From assembly GCA_964016885.1 (NCBI GenBank), contig OZ024741.1, positions 312,604,001 through 312,668,000 on the forward strand: DNA of 64,000 nucleotides. Reading direction: 5' to 3'. The notes under the pieces are model-generated. The model saw only the letters and a program-made list of their open reading frames with translations. It did not search any database and was not told where the DNA came from. This document shows, in pieces, positions 58,059 to 64,000 of the stretch; the stretch's first letter is position 1; every line of letters begins with the position of its first letter. This DNA comes from Eledone cirrhosa. Its lineage: Eukaryota. Position numbers and translations under genes: made by a program.

Positions 58059-61000
58059 TCTCGACAGTTAGATTACGTAACTGTCTTTATCCCATTGCAG
58101 AAACTAATTAGTTGGAGTGAAAGTTTAAGTAAGTAATTTAAAATTTAAAAAAAAAAACTTTTTCTAAAGGATTTTCCTATTTTACGTCTTCTATATTATT
58201 GTTCTGCATCCTCCTGCATTGAACCACCTAGGTACTATGACATAACCTGTGTATTTGCTGGCATTAGCGTACATCTGTGCGCTTATGTTAGTTGATATAT
58301 TAAATTATCTATATTTATCTCCAAATCACTGATTTGTCGAGCAAACCTGCCAAAACCACTTCTAAATTTTTTTGGGGGGGTGTTAGTAGGCGTCCGTCAT
58401 CTTACCATCCCATTCCTACTGACTAGCCTCTGTGTCACGTGATTGATTCTTTAGAATCGGCCATTTGACTAGAGGCAGTGAGGATTTCAGTGCATGGAAT
58501 TTAGTCCCCGCTAGCTGTTCCATCTACCGAATTATTATTATTTTTATATGAGCCGCCAGTGTCCGCGCATTGCCTGGAGACTTAGCTGAGAATAGACTCC
58601 CTGATGACGCAATGAATTCTCGACAGTTAGATTACGTAACTGTCTTTATCCCATTGCAGAAACTAATTAGTTGGAGTGAAAGTTTAAGTAAGTAAGTTAA
58701 AATTAAAAAAAAAAAACTTTTTTTACAGGATTTTCTTATTTTACGTCTTCTATATTATTGTTCTACATCCTCCTGCATTGAACCACCTAGGTACTATGAC
58801 ATAACCTGTGTATTTGCTGGCATTAGCGTACATCTGTGCGCTTATGTTAGTTGATATATTATATTATCTATATTTATCTCCAAATCACTGATTTGTCGAG
58901 CAAACCTTCCAAAACCACTTCTAAATTTTTTTTGGGGGTGTTAGTAGGCGTCTGTCATCTTACCATCCCATTCCTACTGACTAGCCTCTGTGTCACGTGA
59001 TTGATTCTTTAGAATCGGCCATTTGACTAGAGGCAGTGAGGATTTCAGTGCATGGAATTTAGTCCCCGCTAGCTGTTCCATCTACCGAATTATTATTATT
59101 TTTATATGAACCCCCAGTGTCCGCGCATTGCCTGGAGATTTAGCTGAGAATAGACTCCCTGATGACGCAATGAATTCTCGACAGTTAGATTACGTAACTG
59201 TCTTTATCCCATTGCAGAAACTAATTAGTTGGAGTGAAAATTTAAGTAAGTAAGTTAAATTAAAAAAAAAAACATTTTTTATAGGATTTTCTTATTTTAC
59301 GTCTTCTATATTATTGTTCTGCATCCTCCTGCATTGAACCACCTAGGTACTATGACATAACCTGTGTATTTGCTGGCATTAGCGTACATCTGTGCGCTTA
59401 TGTTAGTTGATATATTAAATTATCTATATTTATCTCCAAATCACTGATTTGTCGAGCAAACCTGCCAAAACCACTTCTAAATTTTTTTGGGGGGTGTTAG
59501 TAGGCGTCTGTCATCTTACCATCCCATTCCTACTGACTAGCCTCTGTGTCACGTGATTGATTCTTTAGAATCGGCCATTTGACTAGAGGCAGTGAGGATT
59601 TCAGTGCATGGAATTTAGTCCCCGCTAGCTGTTCCATCTACCGAATTATTATTATTTTTATATGAGCCGCCAGTGTCCGCGCATTGCCTGGAGACTTAGC
59701 TGAGAATAGACTCCCTGATGACGCAATGAATTCTCGACAGTTAGATTACGTAACTGTCTTTATCCCATTGCAGAAACTAATTAGTTGGAGTGAAAATTTA
59801 GAGTAAGTTAAAATGTTTTTAAAAAAACTTTTTTTAAAGGATTTTTTTATTTTACGTCTTCTATATTTATTGTTCTGCATCCTCCTGCATTGAACCACCT
59901 AGGTACTATGACATAACCTGTGTATTTGCTGGCATTAGCGTACATCTGTGCGCTTATGTTAGTTGATATATTAAATTATCTATATTTATCTCCAAATCAC
60001 TGATTTGTCGAGCAAACCTGCCAAAACCACTTCTAAATTTTTTTGGGGGGTGTTAGTAGGCGTCTGTCATCTTACCATCCCATTCCTACTGACTAGCCTC
60101 TGTGTCACGTGATTGATTCTTTAGAATCGGCCATTTGACTAGAGGCAGTGAGGATTTCAGTGCATGGAATTTAGTCCCCGCTAGCTGTTCCATCTACCGA
60201 ATTATTATTATTTTTATATGAGCCCCCAGTGTCCGCGCATTGCCTGGAGACTTAGCTGAGAATAGACTCCCTGATGACGCAATGAATTCTCGACAGTTAG
60301 ATTACGTAACTGTCTTTATGCCATTGCAGAAACTAATTAGTTGGAGTGAAAATTTAAGTAAGTAAGTTAAAATTAAAAAAAAAAAACATTTTTTAAAGAA
60401 TTTTCTTATTTTACGTCTTCTATATTATTGTTCTGCATCCTCCTGCATTGAACCACCTAGGTACTATGACATAACCTGTGTATTTGCTGGCATTAGCGTA
60501 CATCTGTGCGCTTATGTTAGTTGATATATTAAATTATCTATATTTATCTCCAAATCACTGATTTGTCGAGCAAACCTGCCAAAACCACTTCTAAATTTTT
60601 TTGGGGGGTGTTTGTAGGCGTCTGTCATCTTACCATCCCATTCCTACTGACTAGCCTCTGTGTCACGTGATTGATTCTTTAGAATCGGCCATTTGACTAG
60701 AGGCATGAGGATTTCAGTGCATGGAATTTAGTCCCCGCTAGCTGTTCCATCTACCGAATTATTATTATTTTTATATGAGCCCCCAGTGTCCGCGCATTGC
60801 CTGGAGACTTAGCTGAGAATAGACTCCCTGATGACGCAATGAATTATCGACAGTTAGATTACGTAACTGTCTTTATCCCATTGCAGAAACTAATTAGTTG
60901 GAGTGAAAATTTAGAGTAAGTAAGTTAAAATGTTTTTAAAAAAACTTTTTTTAAAGGATTTTTTATTTTACGTCTTCTATATTATTGTTCTGCATCCTCC

Positions 61001-62749
61001 TGCATTGAACCACCTAGGTACTATGACATAACCTGTGTATTTGCTGGCATTAGCGTACATCTGTGCGCTTATGTTAGTTGATATATTAAATTATCTATAT
61101 TTATCTCCAAATCACTGATTTGTCGAGCAAACCTGCCAAAACCACTTCTAAATTTTTTTGGGGGGTGTTAGTAGGCGTCTGTCATCTTACCATCCCATTC
61201 CTACTGACTAGCCTCTGTGTCACGTGATTGATTCTTTAGAATCGGCCATTTGACTAGAGGCAGTGAGGATTTCAGTGCATGGAATTTAGTCCCCGCTAGC
61301 TGTTCCATCTACCGAATTATTATTATTTTTATATGAGCCCCCAGTGTCCGCGCATTGCCTGGAGACTTAGCTGAGAATAGACTCCCTGATGACGCAATGA
61401 ATTCTCGACAGTTAGATTACGTAACTGTCTTTATCCCATTGCAGAAACTAATTAGTTGGAGTGAAAATTTAGAGTAAGTAAGTTAAAATGTTTTTAAAAA
61501 AACTTTTTTTAAAGGATTTTTTTATTTTACGTCTTCTATATTATTGTTCTGCATCCTCCTGCATTGAACCACCTAGGTACTATGACATAACCTGTGTATT
61601 TGCTGGCATTAGCGTACATCTGTGCGCTTATGTTAGTTGATATATTAAATTATCTATATTTATCTCCAAATCACTGATTTGTCGAGCAAACCTGCCAAAA
61701 CCACTTCTAAATTTTTTTTTGGGGTGTTAGTAGGCGTCTGTCATCTTACCATCCCATTCCAACTGACTAGCCTCTGTGTCACGTGATTGATTCTTTAGAA
61801 TCGGCCATTTGACTAGAGGCAGTGAGGATTTCAGTGCATGGAATTTAGTCCCCGCTAGCTGTTCCATCTACCGAATTATTATTATTTTTATATGAGCCCC
61901 CAGTGTCCGCGCATTGCCTGGAGACTTAGCTGAGAATAGACTCCCTGATGACGCAATGAATTCTCGACAGTTAGATTACGTAACTGTCTTTATCCCATTG
62001 CAGAAACTAATTAGTTGGAGTGAAAATTTAAGTAAGTAAGTTAAAATTTAAAAAAAAAAACTTTTTTTAAAGGATTTTCTTATTTTACGTCTTCTATATT
62101 ATTGTTCTGCATCCTCCTGCATTGAACCACCTAGGTACTATGACATAACCTGTGTATTTGCTGGCATTAGCGTACATCTGTGCGCTTATGTTAGTTGATA
62201 TATTAAATTATCTATATTTATCTCCAAATCACTGATTTGTCGAGCAAACCTGCCAAAACCACTTCTAAATTTTTTTGGGGGTGTTAGTAGGCGTCTGTCA
62301 TCTTACCATCCCATTCCTACTGACTAGCCTCTGTGTCACGTGATTGATTCTTTAGAATCGGCCATTTGACTAGAGGCAGTGAGGATTTCAGTGCATGGAA
62401 TTTAGTCCCCGCTAGCTGTTCCATCTACCGAATTATTATTATTTTTATATGATCCCCCAGTGTCCGCGCATTGCCTGGAGACTTAGCTGAGAATAGACTC
62501 CCTGATGACGCAATGAATTCTCGACAGTTAGATTACGTAACTCTCTTTATCCCATTGCTGAAACTAATTAGTTGGAGTGAAAATTAAAAAAAAAAAACTT
62601 TTTTTAATGGATTTTCTTATTTTACGTCTTCTATATTATTGTTCTGCATCCTCCTGCATTGAACCACCTAGGTACTATGATATAACCTGTGTATTTGCTG
62701 GCATTAGCGTACATCTGTGCGCTTATGTTAGTTGATATATTAAATTATC

Positions 62750-62751
62750 TA

Positions 62752-62844
<93 letters not shown>

Positions 62845-62883
62845 ATATATATATATACATATATGTATATATATATATATACA

Positions 62884-62977
<94 letters not shown>

Positions 62978-63001
62978 TGTATATATATATATACATATAT
63001 G

Positions 63002-63031
<30 letters not shown>
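62750..63031. repeat. (TA)n microsatellite with TG/CA interruptions
   Basis: Read directly from the sequence. Confidence 0.98.
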
Positions 63032-63032
<1 letters not shown>

Positions 63033-63188
63033 TACAATTTAAAAAAATATGATCAACACTAATGTGTTTTTGCAAAGTAACAATAATTTTTTAGCCAGAT
63101 AGAAATACCTTAATTCAAGTACATATAGTCCGCCTGTATCGATCTAGAGCATATTAAATCTATACTTACAGACGTAAAATGGCAACTG
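63031..63188. repeat. Terminal direct repeat, copy 1
   Basis: ATTACAATTTAAAAAAATATGATCAACAC...AAAATGGCAACTG matches 63609-63773 with a few substitutions. Confidence 0.95.
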
Positions 63189-63250
63189 CCTGGTGCCTAG
63201 ACAAGTTTAAATTTCAAAATTCAAACCTCTTCAGCAGATCGGGCGGAACT
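63127..63250 (-). ncRNA. Degenerate type I hammerhead-like three-way junction
   Basis: Minus strand reads TCCGCC-CGATCTG-CTGAAGA-[stem II region]-GTAA-GTATA-GATTTAA-TATGCT-C-TAGATCG-ATACA-GGCGGA. Stems I and III and a CUC triplet are in hammerhead register, but GUAA replaces GAAA and the stem II register is ambiguous. Confidence 0.4.
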
Positions 63251-63608
63251 TCAAAGCACAACCCTGTTTCACAAGGGATGGTAAACTAATGAAATAATTA
63301 ATTAATTACAGAACAACTATTTATAAAATAATTATTAGTGAAGTAATGAATTTTATGTGATTTTCAATAGCACCCAGAAATTATAGTTATTTCTCCTAAG
63401 ATAATAATCTTAAGACTGATCTGTCGCAAGCCTAATACATGTGCTTTTGCACACGACCTTCTCAGCATTCTGGCTCATATCCATGGCGCTAGAAATAACA
63501 GCCGTAAATATGGGATTATAAATTCAGCTCTACCTAAGGAGCAGATTTATTTCAATTCAGAAGTCAAATACAATTCTTAAGCTCTAAGAAAATATTTCTG
63601 AACATTAC

Positions 63609-63770
63609 ATTACAATTTAAAAAAATATGATCAACACTAATGTGTTTTTGCAAAATGACAATAATTTTTTAGCCAGATAGAAATACCTTAATTCAAGAAC
63701 ATATAGTCCGCCTGTATCGATCTAGAAAATATTAAATATTAAATCTATACTTACAGATCTAAAATGGCAA

Positions 63771-63773
<3 letters not shown>
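63609..63773. repeat. Terminal direct repeat, copy 2 (with internal 7-bp duplication ATATTAA)
   Basis: Offset by 578 bp from copy 1. Confidence 0.95.
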
Positions 63774-63806
<33 letters not shown>

Positions 63807-63833
63807 ACATATGTATATATATATATATGTATA

Positions 63834-63878
<45 letters not shown>

Positions 63879-64000
63879 TTATATATATATATGTATATAT
63901 ATGTATATACATGTATATATATATATATGTATATATATGTAAATATATATATATATATACATATGTATATATATGTATATATATATATACATATGTATAT
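63774..64000. repeat. (TA)n microsatellite with TG/CA interruptions, running off the window
   Basis: Read directly from the sequence. Confidence 0.98.

Larger units (their letters stand above)
1..62754 (+). repeat. Tandem array of ~557-bp monomers (about 114 copies, continuing beyond the left edge); hammerhead-bearing satellite / retrozyme-like array
   Basis: The same sequence recurs every 556-560 bp (GTT[T/A]GTAGGCGT at 1, 557, ...). Monomers differ by a few SNPs and homopolymer lengths. The last base matching the monomer is 62754 (...TTATCTATAT). Copy number is estimated from length, correcting for six 119-bp deletions. Confidence 0.98.
63031..63773 (-). mobile_element. 743-bp non-coding element with ~158-bp terminal direct repeats (1.27 copies of a 578-bp unit) embedded in (TA)n; putative non-autonomous Penelope-like / retrozyme-type element
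   Basis: 63031-63188 is repeated at 63609-63773. (TA)n lies on both sides, there is no ORF, several hairpins are present, and the minus strand has a hammerhead-like junction. The element class is inferred. Confidence 0.55.

Noticed and set aside
1-62754. CRISPR array, 5S rDNA or tRNA gene array
   Set aside because: There are no unique spacers and no similarity to 5S rRNA or tRNA.
62689-63075. YI-repeat ORFs
   Set aside because: They are translations of the (TA)n microsatellite.

Overview
Non-coding, AT-rich, eukaryote-like window with no credible protein-coding gene. Positions 1-62754 are a head-to-tail array of about 114 near-identical monomers of 556-560 bp, with nested higher-order duplications (3-, 4-, 5- and 13-mers) and six monomers sharing one 119-bp deletion. 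Read as + strand RNA, each monomer contains a type I hammerhead ribozyme fold: stem I ACUCC/GGAGU, core CUGAUGA...GAAA, a long stem II, a palindromic stem III, a GUU cleavage triplet and a possible stem I/stem II kissing helix. Several G-U-rich hairpins fill much of the rest of the monomer. It therefore looks like a retrozyme- or Penelope-derived satellite whose transcripts could self-process into ~557-nt, possibly circular, RNAs. The array ends in a (TA)n tract. A second, unrelated 743-bp element with ~158-bp terminal direct repeats and a degenerate minus-strand hammerhead-like junction follows, then another (TA)n tract. All folds and counts were done by eye; ribozyme activity is inferred, not shown.
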